A DNA stretch of 64,000 nt from Octopus sinensis (GCF_006345805.1 NC_043012.1:7812001-7876000), one strand, 5' to 3'. Positions 1-12,884 are shown, counted from the stretch's first letter. The notes: generated by a model not told the origin, from the sequence alone. Numbers and translations: made by a program.

Positions 1-501
1 GAAGTCACCAAATAAGTTGCAAGACAAGACCCTACTCATTTGAGGAAGGTGGCTTTATACCAGGTGCTGAGAGATCAAAGTATGATAGAGGGTGAGAGAG
101 AGACAGGAACGGGTCTTTTGATGTAGAGAGGGTACATGGCTAATCCAGCTGGAAAAAAAGAGAGAAGAACTGGTAGTGATAAAGTTACAGGGCCCTCCAA
201 GTAAGAGAACATGAATGTAGGCCACAAGCCTTTCAGCTAAAAAACAATACATTTTCTTCATCTCAAATAAATTGTTATATAGACAAAATAATATTTCAAA
301 TGCAGTACAACTGTGAAAACAGCAGAAGGATTGGATATTTTACCCTTATAAAATGCAAAAGGTTGTCATCAGTCCCATGGCTGTCTGCTGACAACTTTTC
401 CAATCATGCTGCATTCAAAATATTATTTCCTTGTCTGTAAAATATGAAACACTTTCGATACTTCCAAAAGTTCATTTGTATAATGTTGTTAAATTGTTAT
501 A

Positions 502-805
502 TCTTTATATATAAAAGAGAGGTTGTGTGCTATCTGTCTCCTACAATTTAGATTCCTAACTACTCCCACATTTTGCGGTGCAGTTTAACTAAAACCGGGT
601 ATCTTATAGTCGTGATTCATATCGAGCCCTTCTGGGTATTAGCGCACGTCTACGATGAGTCTACGATTTAAAAAAAAATTTACCATAATTTTTTTTCCCA
701 TTTTCAATGCATTTTTTTGCTATTATATAAGGGAAGTAACTATCTAAAAATGCTTATATAGTTATTTCCCTTACAAATCCGAGCAACGCCGGGCGATACT
801 GCTAG
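502..805 (+). mobile_element. Non-autonomous Helitron
   Basis: 5' a|TC start, 3' hairpin CCGAGCAACGCCGGG then CTAG|t, inserted in an AT dinucleotide. Confidence 0.8.
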
Positions 806-1884
806 TCTATAATAATACATTAAAAGTGAGCTTGAATTTTGCTTGCTTGCAATGTTACCCAGCCAAACTGATGCATAATGGGAAAATACTTTGCATTGAG
901 TTTCCCCTGAAATGTGAATATGTACGGAATAAAACAGGTTTCGTGTAAATTGGACAAGTAGTTGTTGAGATACTGGGAAAATATTCCGAAAATAACTTAA
1001 CCCTGAAGGGGAAGAAACTCTTACCTTTCGATTAGAAACAGTGATGACTTGACAATGAAAAAATACGATTTGTTTTCACAGTAAATGTTTCTGTTTTTGC
1101 TTTTGTTAAACACAATAATTTAATCATTTAGAAATATTTTTAAGTGAATGTGATTTATATTTACATTTTAGACTTCTTTAAACAAACAATATTTTTATGT
1201 TTTTTTAAATTATTTTCACATGAATACCATTACAAAAAAATTTTGGGGGCATATTTAAAAAATATTTTAAAGTGAAAATGACTTTAAAAATACAATAACT
1301 GCTTTGTAAAAGACCTGTTTCTAACCTCAGTATGAAATAATTTTTTTCCATAGGAGGTCTTTTTTCGAGTGCATTCAACATATCTCACCGCCAAAGATTT
1401 GGCTGCTTTTTCTAGCACACCCTGCTACCACATAACAGCTTTTTGCAATAAAGGACCAAAAATACATGTTACGTGGTAGCTGGGCATGCAAGAAATAGCA
1501 ACTAAATCTTTCCTTTTCTGGGGAAAAGAGCTGTTTACATATGATGACCCAGAGCGTCACGGGTCATCTAGTATAATTTTAAACTTAAATATTTTAACAT
1601 AAAATTTCTTTTTTATAGGGTTAGAAAGGAAAAAAAAACAAATCGACTACAAAGAAAATAAAAACGCAGCAAAACACAATGGAATATCAGATGTTTGTTT
1701 TGTCATGATATGTCACGCTGTCACTAAGACTTGTGCTGACAAAGAACAGAATTCCTAACAGTGATTTCATTGTACTCTGCACCAATGTCCTTATTCATCT
1801 CCATTGTCATGGGGGAAAATTGTTTGAGGTCAGATGTGTATTCGGTAGATACTGGACATTTTTTTTTTAGATATTAACTGTGGA

Positions 1885-1885
<1 letters not shown>

Positions 1886-1955
<70 letters not shown>

Positions 1956-2037
1956 ATATATATATAGATATATATATATATATATATGTGTGTGTGATAT
2001 ATATATATATATGTGTGTGTGTATATATATATATATA

Positions 2038-2092
<55 letters not shown>
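1886..2092. repeat. Compound (CT)n/(TA)n/(TG)n microsatellite
   Basis: Direct inspection. Similar tracts at 7670-7765, 7855-8210, 12843-13024, 36535-36645 and elsewhere. Confidence 0.95.
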
Positions 2093-2094
<2 letters not shown>

Positions 2095-2213
2095 TGTGAC
2101 CGACCAGACCATCAGATGTTGCTACACATCGCTGGTCACGATGTGTTCGAATTGTTTTAGCCTTCGAATGATGCCACCCCGCTGGCTAAGCGAGCAGGCC
2201 AATATATTTATAT

Positions 2214-2244
<31 letters not shown>

Positions 2245-2317
2245 AATAGGTACTACTGTATATTTTATCAGCAGTTAATATCAAGAATTTCAGGACTGGA
2301 GGCATTGTCCATCTATA

Positions 2318-2739
2318 GGCGCAGAAGTGGCTGTGTGGTAAGTAGCTTGATTACCAACCACATGGTTCTGGGTTCAGTCCCACTGCGTGGCACTTTAGGC
2401 AAGTGTCTTCTAGTATAGCCTCGGGTCGACCAAAGCCTTGTGAGTGGATTTGGTAAACGGAAACTGAAAGAATCCCATCGTATATATACGTGTATATATG
2501 TGTGTGTGTGTGTATGTGTTTGTGTATCTGTATTTGTCCCCTCAACATCGATTGACAACCGATGCTGGTGTGTTTACGTCCCCGTCACTTAGCAGTTCAG
2601 CAAAAGAGACTGATAGAATAGTACTAGGCTTACAAAGAATAAGTCCTGGGGTTGATTTGCTCGTCCAAAGGCGGTACTCCAGCATGGCCGCAATCAAACG
2701 ACTGAAACAAGTGAAAGAGTAAAAGAGAGTAAAGAGTAA
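2318..2739 (+). mobile_element. tRNA-derived SINE family A (CORE-like), full length
   Basis: A box TGGCTGTGTGG, B box GGTTCAGTCCC, CORE-like (CCTTG)GGCAAGTG, internal (TA/TG)n, AAAGAGT tail. Other copies at about 6186-6353, 13955-14232, 15078-15235, 16502-16890, 18908-19320, 26455-26832, 33877-34236, 36648-36958, 38520-38716, 51409-51765, 54655-54820. Confidence 0.85.
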
Positions 2740-3039
2740 ATTGATGACATTCTTTTGCGTGTGTTGTTATTGTGGTTATTGTGTGGTGGTGATGGCTTTG
2801 ATGTCATAGCTAAAAGAATGTCCACAGAATGTCTAAAAATCGTTTCCTTTTTTCTGAAAAATCAAAATTTTCTACATTCAAAACATGAAAGAACTTTGGC
2901 ATATCAGGTTTCATTATTTTGTGTTGTGATGGCAGAGTAGCTATTTCCATTCATGTTTAGGGCAGTATTACCTCTGAAAACTGTATACAGCTATGGTACG
3001 ACCACACTTGGAATTCGCATCATCAGTTTGGAACCCCTA

Positions 3040-3487
3040 TCTTGCTCAGAACATTGACCTCCTGGAATCTATCCAGAGACATGCAACCAAACGCATACCC
3101 TCCATGACACCTACCATATTCTGAGTGCCTTGTTTCCCTAGGCATGGATTCACTGAAGCTCCGGCGTCTGGCGACGGACTTGGTAAGCATCCACAAAGTT
3201 ATCAACCACCTCACCAACAACAACACTGAACACCTTTTTGATCTCCATGTGTCTAACACACGTGGACATGCCTACAAAGTCAGAAAACAGCACAGCTCCC
3301 ATGACTTTCGGAAACATTTTTTCACGCTCAGAGTTGCTGAAGCATGGAATAAACTGCCTGCATCAGTTGTTGACTGCCATGACACTGCATCCTTTAAGGC
3401 CCTCATGCTTTCCGAAATCCGCCGAAACTACACCTGATTATATATGCACTTTAGATGAGTTGTAGTGCACCTGAGCACTGTACACAA

Positions 3488-3545
<58 letters not shown>
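3040..3545 (+). mobile_element. CR1/L2-group LINE 3' fragment with (ATT)n tail
   Basis: ORF2 C-terminal motifs TRGH...FFTLRVAEAWNKLP, stop at 3437, short 3'UTR and (ATT)n tail. Confidence 0.85.
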
Positions 3546-3546
<1 letters not shown>

Positions 3547-4620
3547 CATGATGCCATTGTGGACAAAGTCAAACAAAATGTTCTGAAAAATATTTGAGTG
3601 GGCTGAGGTGAACATCAATGAAATAAAATAAAACTTGTGTTGTAAAACCTTTTTCCCATGATCTATAACAATTAATATATTCAAATTAATATAAATATTA
3701 GTTTAAAATTTTTTGGCACAAGGCCAGGAATTTTGGGGGAGGGGTGGGGGTTAGTTGCTTACAGCAACCCTAGTGTTCAACTGGTACTTATTTTATTGAC
3801 CCCAAAAGGATGAAAGGCAAAGCTGACCTCAGTAAAATTTGAACTCAGAACATAAAAACAAACGAAATGCCACTTAGCATTTTGGCTGCCGTGCTAACAT
3901 TTCTGCAAGCTTGTTGCCCTAAATTGATCCAAATATGACTTTCAAATTTTGATACAAGGCCAGCAAATTCAGCAGAGTCAATTACATCAGCCCCAGTATT
4001 CAACTGGTACTTATTCTATCAAGTCTGAATGGATGAAAGGCAAAGCTGATCTCGGCGGAATTAAGACTCAGAACATAAAGATGGAAAAAGTGTTGCTAAT
4101 GGTTCTGCATGCTAATGATTCTGCCAGCTTGCAGCATTTATTAATCCAAATATTGGTTTCACATTTTGGCACAAGGCCAGCAATTTCTGGGGCGGGGTAA
4201 GTCAATTACAACGATCCCAGTGCTCAGCTGGTACTTATTTTATTGACCCCGAAATGTCGATGCATTCAGGAATCCAGGCTTGTGTACAACAATGATTTCT
4301 TTATTATGATTTGTCTGACTCTGGAAGTTCCTTTGAAATACCTCAAAAATTAAAAATTTTACCGGTGAGTGTGTTAAATTATAAGGCACAAAAAGAAAAT
4401 GACTCTCCCCAGACAACAACAGAAAATGCAGTTTACTTCAACAGAAATATGATAACAAAAGGGACAATAGTAACAATGTTATTTCACTAAATTCTGCATA
4501 ATTTATTGAAACAAAGGCAACATATTTCAGCAGGAAATGATAGCAAAAGGGTTGAATGGTTATAGAAATCATGAAAGCTCCTCACCTTGAACCATATTGC
4601 ATTTATTCTGATCTTATTCT

Positions 4621-4990
4621 GGGCATGGATTCACTGAAGCTCCGGCGTCTGGCGACGGACTTGATAAATGCCCACAAAGTTGTCAACCACCTCACCAATA
4701 ACAACACTGAACACCTTTTTGATCTCCATGTGTCTAACACACGTGGACATGCCTACAAAGTCAGAAAACAACACAGCTCCCATGACTTTCGGAAACATTT
4801 TTTCACGCTCAGAGTTGCTGAAGCATGGAATAAACTGCCTGCGTCAGTTGTTGACTGCCATGACACTGCATCCTTTAAGGCCCTCATGCTTCCCGAAATC
4901 CGCCGAAACTACACCTGATTATATATGCACTTTAGATGAGTTGTAGTGCACCTGAGCACTGTACACAATGTTTATTATTATTATATTATA
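4621..4990 (+). mobile_element. CR1/L2-group LINE 3' fragment, same family
   Basis: Near-identical to 3141-3500. Confidence 0.85.
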
Positions 4991-6716
4991 AGATGTCAAT
5001 AGAACCTGAGGTAATATCTAATTGTCGATGCATTCAGGAATCCAGGCTTTTGTACAACAATGATTTCTTTATTAAGATTTGTCTGGCTCTGGAAGTTCAT
5101 TTAAAATACCTCAAAAGTTAGAAAGAATGAATTTAATATCTTCACTCAAAAACTTGCTCTGTTGCAGTGTTGTTCAGAAAATTCTAGCATTTCCAACAAT
5201 GAACTGATTGGAGTGCCAGTTCTTGCAGTATTGACAATAATCATCACCATCATCTTCATCATCATCATTATCAACATCATCATCATTTTAACATACACTT
5301 TTCCATGCTTGGATGGCTTGGACAGAATTTATTGAGGCAGATTTTCTTTGGCTGGATGCCTGTCCTGTCACCTGCCTCCAAGCAAAGGAATATTTCCCCA
5401 TGGCCGAACATCTTTACACAGAATATTAGAAATGAACTACACTGCTTATGTAACAATGACGCTCATTTACAACTATCACATAATGTCAAGAAAAGGATAC
5501 ACTCAAACACATACATACATGTTTTATATACTATGGCTTAGTGGTTAGGGTATGTGGCTCAGGATCATAAGGTCATGAGTTCAATTCCAAGGACACGTGT
5601 TCTTCAGCAAGACACTTTATTTCACATTGCTCTCGTCCACTCACCTAGCAAAAATAAGTAGTACCTATATTTCAAAGGGTCAGCCTTGTCACATTGAATT
5701 TCCTTGAGAACTATGTTAAGGATATGCTGCATGTCTGTGGAGTGCTCAGCCACTTGCACGTTAACTTCACAAGTAGTCTGTCCCTTCGATTGGATCAACT
5801 GGAACGTTCATCGTCAATACCTGTACTCTGCAGCAGAAGTGTTAAGACTGGTCCCCCTGGTGGTGTAAAATACTTGTGACTGTGCCACGTAAAGCACCCG
5901 TGCAATGCCGCATAAAAGCACCTGTGCATCGCCATGTAAACGCACTCATGCAGTGCCACATAAAAGCACCCTGCATACTCTGTAAAGTGGTTGGCATTAG
6001 GAAGGGCATCCAGCCATAGAAACCATGCCAAAACAGACAATGGAGCCTGGTGCAGCTCCCCAGCTTGCCAGCTCTGGTCAAACTGCCCAACCCATGCCAG
6101 CATGGACAACAGATGTTAAATGATGATGATGTATGTGTATATACATACATTACACACATACACACACATATATATATGTATGCATACGATGGGCTTCTTT
6201 CAGTTTCTGTCTACCAAATCCACTCAAAGTTACTTTGGCCACCCCAGGACTACAGCAGAAGACATTTGCCAATTGTGCTGTACAGTAGGATTGAACCCAA
6301 AACCATGTGGGTGGGAAGCACACTCCTTAACCACACACCCATATCTGCACCTGCCTTACCATTTCAAATGACAAGTTCATTCTTACTGCCAGTTCAGCAT
6401 TCCCTCAATCCTTCACAAAACATATCATTATTTTCCACTTTCACATAAAGACCCTATTTCAATGCCCTGAGAATTTACCAAATGTCAATCATCATGGATT
6501 GACTTAGCTTCCCTTAAGATTTCTGACCTACAGTGCCAACTGGCACCTGAAAAAAGGCAACGCCTTCTATAAGAGGAAGATTATGTTGCAATGGATAACT
6601 TATACAAATACGTCTCTCTATGGTACCCTAACTTTCAGCTAGCAGGTATGTCTATAGGGACATTGTGTCCCAGGTACAGAGTATGTCCCTTTGTAATGTA
6701 GACTCCTTAGCACAGC

Positions 6717-7180
6717 ATCTCTCTTTCCTTCCCTCCCATTCTTTTTTCTTCCTCTCTGTCTCTCTCTCTCTCCTTCCCTCCTGCTCTTTTTCCTCCAATC
6801 TCCCCTTCCCTCCTTCTCCCTCCCTTCCCCTCTCTCTCTTTCCTTCCTTCTCTTTCTTTCTCTCCTCTCTGTCTCTCTCTCCTTCCCTCCCGCTCTTTTT
6901 CTTCCTTTCTCCCCTTCCCTCCTTCTCTCTCTCCTTCCTTCTCTTTCTTTCTCCTCTCTCTCTCCTTCCTTCTCCTCTCTCTCCTTCCCTCCTGCTCTTT
7001 TTCTTCCTTTCGCCCCTTCCCTCCTTCTCTCTCCCTTCCCTCTCTCTCTCCTTTATTCTCCCCCCCCCTCTCTCTCTACAACATTGTCTCCTTTATATAA
7101 TGCACTTACCCTTGTAACACAGGCTCTCTAACGCTATCTTTTTCTCTCTCTCTTTCTCAGTCTCTCTCTCTCCCTTCCTG
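6717..7180. repeat. Polypyrimidine (CT-rich) low-complexity tract
   Basis: Almost only C/T on the plus strand, with internally repeated CTCCTTCCCTCCTGCTCTTTTT units. Confidence 0.9.
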
Positions 7181-7408
7181 GGACCCAAACTCCTTGGTAC
7201 AAATCTATGTCCTTACCAGGGTACAGTTACCCATCCTTTCCTCAAACACTATTTGCTGCCTGCCTTCCTCCCTAGCTGGCTGGCTGGCAGGTTGGCAGGT
7301 TGGCAGGCTGGTCCCATCTCAGGGTCTGTTCCAATTCTTAATGAATTATGACTTCCAAACAATGAGTTGTATCTCGCAATATAATCACCATCAAATACCA
7401 CCACCACC

Positions 7409-7440
<32 letters not shown>

Positions 7441-7668
7441 TTCCATCATCACTCTCACCACCATCACCATAACCAAAATGGTTTAACCAGCATACATGAG
7501 GTTGCTATAGCAATGTTGATCTGATTAAACAAACTTTCTACTCAATGTGCCTTGTTCCATATCCACTCAGACATTTCTGTCAATAAAGCTTATGTTTTTC
7601 TCACTGTCTTCTCTTCGTTCTTCACTTCCATCACCAACTTCCCCACCACCATCACCAGCACCACCATC

Positions 7669-7764
<96 letters not shown>

Positions 7765-7854
7765 GTGTTAAACTCTCAAGAATCAAACATAATATATGCA
7801 TATATATGGTATGTTAATTTGTCTATACATTGATACATTTCTGCATGTGTCTAC

Positions 7855-7914
<60 letters not shown>

Positions 7915-7921
7915 TATATTT

Positions 7922-7976
7922 TAACAAAACTGTCCGACGAATGGGAACGTGAAACTCCAAGTAACAGCTTTTGTTG
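7922..7976 (+). ncRNA. Type I hammerhead ribozyme motif with U4>C core variant
   Basis: AACAAAACTGT-CCGACGA-ATG(GGAA)CGT-GAAACT(CCA)AGTA-ACAGCTTTTGTT: all three stems pair. Followed by AATAAA and flanked by (TA)n on both sides. Confidence 0.6.
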
Positions 7977-8000
7977 AATTTCTGCTGCTTTTAAATAAAG

Positions 8001-8052
<52 letters not shown>

Positions 8053-8098
8053 TACACACATATATATATATATACACACACACACATATATATTATAC

Positions 8099-8166
<68 letters not shown>

Positions 8167-8429
8167 TATTGATAGGTAGATAGATAGATAGATATGTATG
8201 TATGTATGTACATAAGTGGGAAGACAGAGAGAGAGGTGAGGGAAGAGAGATATACAGGCTAGATATTTCAGTTGCCAGAATACTATGAGATAGAGAGCAA
8301 TTTAGTTTCTAGTTGTTGTATTTCACTTTTCCAGTTCAATATCCTCCAGAGACAGCTTTACACTTCATATTTTATTGCAAGACAATAAAATATTATCACT
8401 GCTTTAATTAGTTGACAACATCCTTTATA

Positions 8430-8784
8430 CATTATTTACATTTGACAAATATTTGTCCACATCTTGTTTATTGTTAACACAACCTTTCGGCTGATACACC
8501 CTCCAGCCTTCTTCAGGTGTCTTAGGGAAATTTCGAACCTGGGTTCTCATTCCTAAGGTATTTTTTGATGTTATTATTATTATTATTATTATTCAGGTCA
8601 CTGTGTGGAATCGAACTCAGAATCTTGGGGTTAGTAACCCACACTCTTAACCACTACGCCATATGCCCGTGAAGGCTAGAGGGTATATCAACCGAAACGT
8701 TGTGTTAACAACAAACGATGAGGACAAATATCTGTCAAATGTATATAATGTACATAATGCCTCATCTCTTAAATATAGAACTGT
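8430..8784 (-). mobile_element. Non-autonomous retroelement: tRNA-like head, (AAT)n, hammerhead motif and inverted 3' duplication
   Basis: A box TGGCGTAGTGG and B box GAGTTCGATTCC (8668-8595). Hammerhead core at 8521-8476. Inverted arms about 8428-8512 and 8671-8752. Flanking 13-bp repeat AACAYCCTTTATA (8417-8429, 8785-8797). Confidence 0.7.
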
Positions 8785-10729
8785 AACACCCTTTATAAAT
8801 AAACATTTTCACTCACTATATTGAGTCTAGAATCACTGCCCACAGTTTATAACTGGTTGTTGCATGATCCAGTCAGGGTTTTTCAATGTGGTTGTTTGAC
8901 ATATCAGTAAAATATCTATGAAATTTCACCATAAGCCTTAAAAAGGCAATGATATATTGAAAATATTAGATTATGCATGCAATAATGGATTTGTCATTGT
9001 TAAAATAATTTTGATGATAGGTCTGCAGGATCAGAGTGGACCTAGAGCTAAGCAACTTGTCATTTACATGTTTGAGATCCAGGACAATCCACTTAGAGCA
9101 CTCTATACAAATATAAGTGTTTGCTTGTCAAAGTGAATATCTGTTCTATTATAGAGGAAGTTGCTTATTATTAGATAGAATTATATAACTTTTATTTTCA
9201 AAATGCAATTTTGAAGTCTACATTGTCTAGAAAACTCTTATAAATTTCAATTTTAATATATTGTTATCAAAATGTACCTATCTATTTATCATTCCAAAAC
9301 TACTTTTTTCCTTTCAAGTTTTATTTCATTGACACACAAATGTATAAACAATAGTACTTTGATTTAAAAAAGGCTGGAATTATTTTCTTTGTCTAAATCA
9401 AGTTTGCATTTATTGTCAGCTAAAATATTGATTTCATTTAAGATATTGATCTCAAATTTTGGCACAAAGCCAGCATATCTGGGGGGGGGGGAATAAGTCG
9501 ATTACATTGACTAGTCCTTATTTTATCAACCCTGAAAAGATGAAAGACAAAGTCAACCTCAATAGAATTTGAACTCAGAACACCTAGACAGGTGAAACGC
9601 TGCTAAGCATTCTGCCCAGTGTGCTAACAGATTTTGTTTGAACATATTGGTTATAATACACTTATTGCACTATTTGCTGCTACATTAGAATTCTTCAATT
9701 AAACATGAATCATTCAAAAATATATGCAACTAAAATGGGATGGTTAGCAGCAAAGGTACCACAACAAAGGGGGAAAAAAAGGGCAAGTGAATCAGAGCAA
9801 AATGACTGAAACAAATGTGTGAATTCACACACAAGTTTAAATATGATTCTATTTCTTCTATACATGGCAGGTTGATTCAGGATTCTCAAGAAGTGAATCT
9901 TTTCCAAAACAATACTCTTGTAGTGGGCTGTAGAGACATGCCATATCACGTGGATATGATGTAGCCCACTACCAAATGTAGTGTGTAGATGTAACGCTTG
10001 AAGGTCCTCGTGTCAGAGTAACCAGTGACCATCAAAGAATCAACACCAAGAAGGAAGAAATATTATTTACATATATTTATTCATTTGCCCGACAGGTAGT
10101 TAAAGAGACAATAGTAATTGTAGTGATAGGGCAGAAAAAGGTAGGCTCACTGGTTAGTATTTGATAGTGTATAGAAGTTACTGTCTGTCAGTAGAGAGTG
10201 AAAGAGTAAACAATGCACAGTGCTGACTAGAAAGGAACAAAGGATAAAGGTGGCATTGTCTTTCTTGTGGCCAAAGCTTTTCTTCGTATGTCAAGCGAAG
10301 GGCAAGGGAAAGTGCTGCTCTTGGTCATTGCTGCTATTGCTCCTTGGTCTGGTTGACACAAGAGAGGAAGAGATGCTCTCTGTTACATAGACTATGGTCA
10401 GTAATGTATGTCAAACCCTAAACAAAGGATTGACCTTTCCTTTTGATAAGCAACAAACGGGTAGATTTGAGATTTCAAATCTCAGGCAGGGTAAAGTGAG
10501 CTCCCTACACACTGCTCCAGCCTTTACTGACTGTGAGTATTCAAGTACCGATTGATAAACAGCAGAAAATTGACAGGATATGTGGATAAGAATCTCAAGT
10601 AAAATGTACTGAGATACAAACAGTAACAGCAGCGCAAGCGAACAGAATGCTTAGAGACCAAACCAAATGTGTACAGGAAGAGAATGAAAAAAAGAAAGAA
10701 TTTTTCAAAGTAGGAACAAGTCCGTTTAA

Positions 10730-10903
10730 CCCCTTACCCAACAATTATTTTGAAAATAAATGTATTTTTTCAGACATATTTTTTAATTGTTTTATTTTAC
10801 GGTCGATTTTGGCGAGTCTATCTTTTGACGAGTTAACTCGCCAGAGATAGAAAAAAAACGATTTCGGTCAAAACGCATATATTCGTTTCTGCCGGGTAAG
10901 GGG
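10730..10903. mobile_element. piggyBac-like MITE
   Basis: TTAA TSDs at 10726-10729 and 10904-10907. TIRs CCCCTTACCC / GGGTAAGGGG. Confidence 0.85.
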
Positions 10904-11684
10904 TTAAGGATTAGTAACGAATGCCTCTATGAATGACTATAAAGAACCAGCTGCACTGTCCATAATGAAGAAAGTCCCTTCGACAATGTTTGTTGATGCT
11001 ACAAGGTTTACAGATATCCTGTTGAATCGTAATCTCTATGCTGCTTTGAGAGGAGGAAGGTAAAATTAGCCAAACTGTGGACCCCTCCATCAAATTTTCT
11101 TAAGTACTTTGATGTTACTAATACATAAAACAATTCCCTGGAAAAATGCATTTATATAACAATGCGCTGGTAATGGTTTCTCTGAGTTGCAGAGAGATCA
11201 GGGCTCCGGGATTTAGTCTTACATTTAAGGCATAAGGAAAAGTTTGCCACATGACTCGTATCGAACTAGTTTCCTACCAGCAAATACGACTTACTCAAAC
11301 AGAAAATTATAAATTAATCAAGAGGACATAACTCTTTTTCAGGATACGTAACTCCTTACGAAGGGAGACAACTACAGCTGTCCTAAATACCTATATTTTT
11401 GCCACTAAACAGATGCAACGGATGCGATGTTTTAAAATGTGGCTAAATTGAGATCATTCAAGGAACTTATCGACAAATATTCTTGCAAGGATAATCAAAA
11501 TCTAAAAGCAGCAATAATCCCCCCACCTCAATAACACCACGGGTCGAAATCTGAGCACCTTTAATCATACATTTCTCTCCTTGAGAGAAATGTATGATTG
11601 ACCTCCTGGAATCTGTTCAGAGACGTGCAACCAAACGCACGCAACTAAATAACAACAGTTGCAAATTTAAAACAAATTCATAAA

Positions 11685-11690
11685 TTTATT
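11685..11690 (-). terminator. Polyadenylation signal AATAAA for PFDN1 exon 4b
   Basis: Canonical hexamer about 70 nt after the stop, followed by a U/GU-rich stretch. Confidence 0.6.
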
Positions 11691-11760
11691 TGATTTGAAA
11701 TATATTTTTTTTACAATGTTCCAATGTGTAGAGGCAGTCCAGGACAAAAATATAGAGTAT

Positions 11761-11871
11761 TTAAGTTTCCTCAGCTTCCATCGCCTCTCTTTGTTTCATC
11801 TTCATCACTACCATTTCTCTTAGATTCCTTTCTTCGTCTTCCAAAGATTTCTCAAGATATGTCATTTTATC
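11761..11871 (-). CDS. PFDN1: Prefoldin subunit 1, duplicated alternative terminal exon 4b (DKMTYLEKSLEDEERNLREMVVMKMKQREAMEAEET*)
   Basis: Polypyrimidine tract plus CAG acceptor at 11872-11874. Phase-0 open frame of 36 codons homologous to exon 4a (LEKSL.D.E.NLREM), TAA stop, AATAAA at 11685-11690. Confidence 0.8.
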   Translation of the reverse strand, partial: DKMTYLEKSLEDEERNLREMVVMKMKQREAMEAEET

Positions 11872-11973
11872 CTGCCGCGGATAAGGAGGGGGGGGAAAAG
11901 AAAGAAAAAGAAAACAAAAAAGAAAATATTTAGATCTGAAGGAAAATTACACGCACACACACACACACACATA

Positions 11974-12458
11974 CCTTAAATCCGCGAGTATAGTCTGCCC
12001 TTGAGTATAATACGCAGGGGATTTTTAGGGGGCTGAACCTCTGAAAAACTTAAACCCTGTGTATAATACGCACCCCTTCTCTAACTTGAGTGAAGGAGGT
12101 CTATATAACGTCCTTGGTTTGTAAAACTGTATATATAACATAATGCAAACGTGTAGCTTTTTTATGCATTTTGTTTGCAGAAAATAAAGAAATAACAGTA
12201 ATAACGTTTAATAAATGTTGCTTACTGCAAGTTATGGATGATTTTTTTTATGACTTCATTGCTTTTAGCGTTAGCTTAAGGTATTTTCGCGCCCGACATC
12301 ACAAAATGCGTCTGAATAAACATTGCCGGACAGCAAATAGAGTCTCGGACATTGCTTAGAAAATAATTTTCATTTTTAACCTCGTATATAGTACGCACTA
12401 GGGATTTTGACCTTTAAGTTTTTGGGGGAAAATGCGGATTATACTCGAGGATTTGCGG
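11974..12458. mobile_element. Tc1/mariner (Tc2/pogo-like) non-autonomous element
   Basis: TA-flanked imperfect TIRs CCTTAAATCCGCGAGTATAGTCTGC / GCGGATTATACTCGAGGATTTGCGG. Confidence 0.7.
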
Positions 12459-12841
12459 TATGTATATATATATATATATATATACACGAGCTTATATTCT
12501 TGAACCGACACCCTAACCACGAAGCCAGGTGTTTTTTATTTTTGTTTTTTTTTTTCTTATTTTCTTATTAACAGTGCAATTAAAGAGACACTGAAATACA
12601 TCGTTGTTAATTCCAGGTCAGCTCCGATCCTGGAGATATCTTTCAAGTTCAAAGCGTTCCAGACTTGACCATCTTTTGCTATTTTCAAACGATGTATCCA
12701 CAACTACATCATCCAAAGTGCTCTTCCATTCAGTTTCATGTCTGTAAGAAGTGGGTCTTTAGCTGCTATTTCTAGCTGTTTGAGTGACCACTTTTGCACA
12801 GTTGCACACTTGTATGAAATACAAATAGTTCAATGTCTTCG

Positions 12842-12884
<43 letters not shown>

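Noticed and set aside
1874-2245. ORFs rich in YI, HT, SL or RE repeats here and throughout the ORF track
   Set aside because: They are translations of dinucleotide microsatellites.
8595-8668. Functional tRNA gene (also at 27810-27872 and 57120-57182)
   Set aside because: Acceptor and anticodon stems pair poorly and each is fused to a repeat body. These are SINE heads.
10929-11063. 44-codon plus-strand ORF MNDYKEPAALSIMKKVPSTMFVDATRF...
   Set aside because: No recognisable family. It sits beside a MITE in a region (about 9970-11100) that may be a decayed retroelement, and I could not identify diagnostic motifs.
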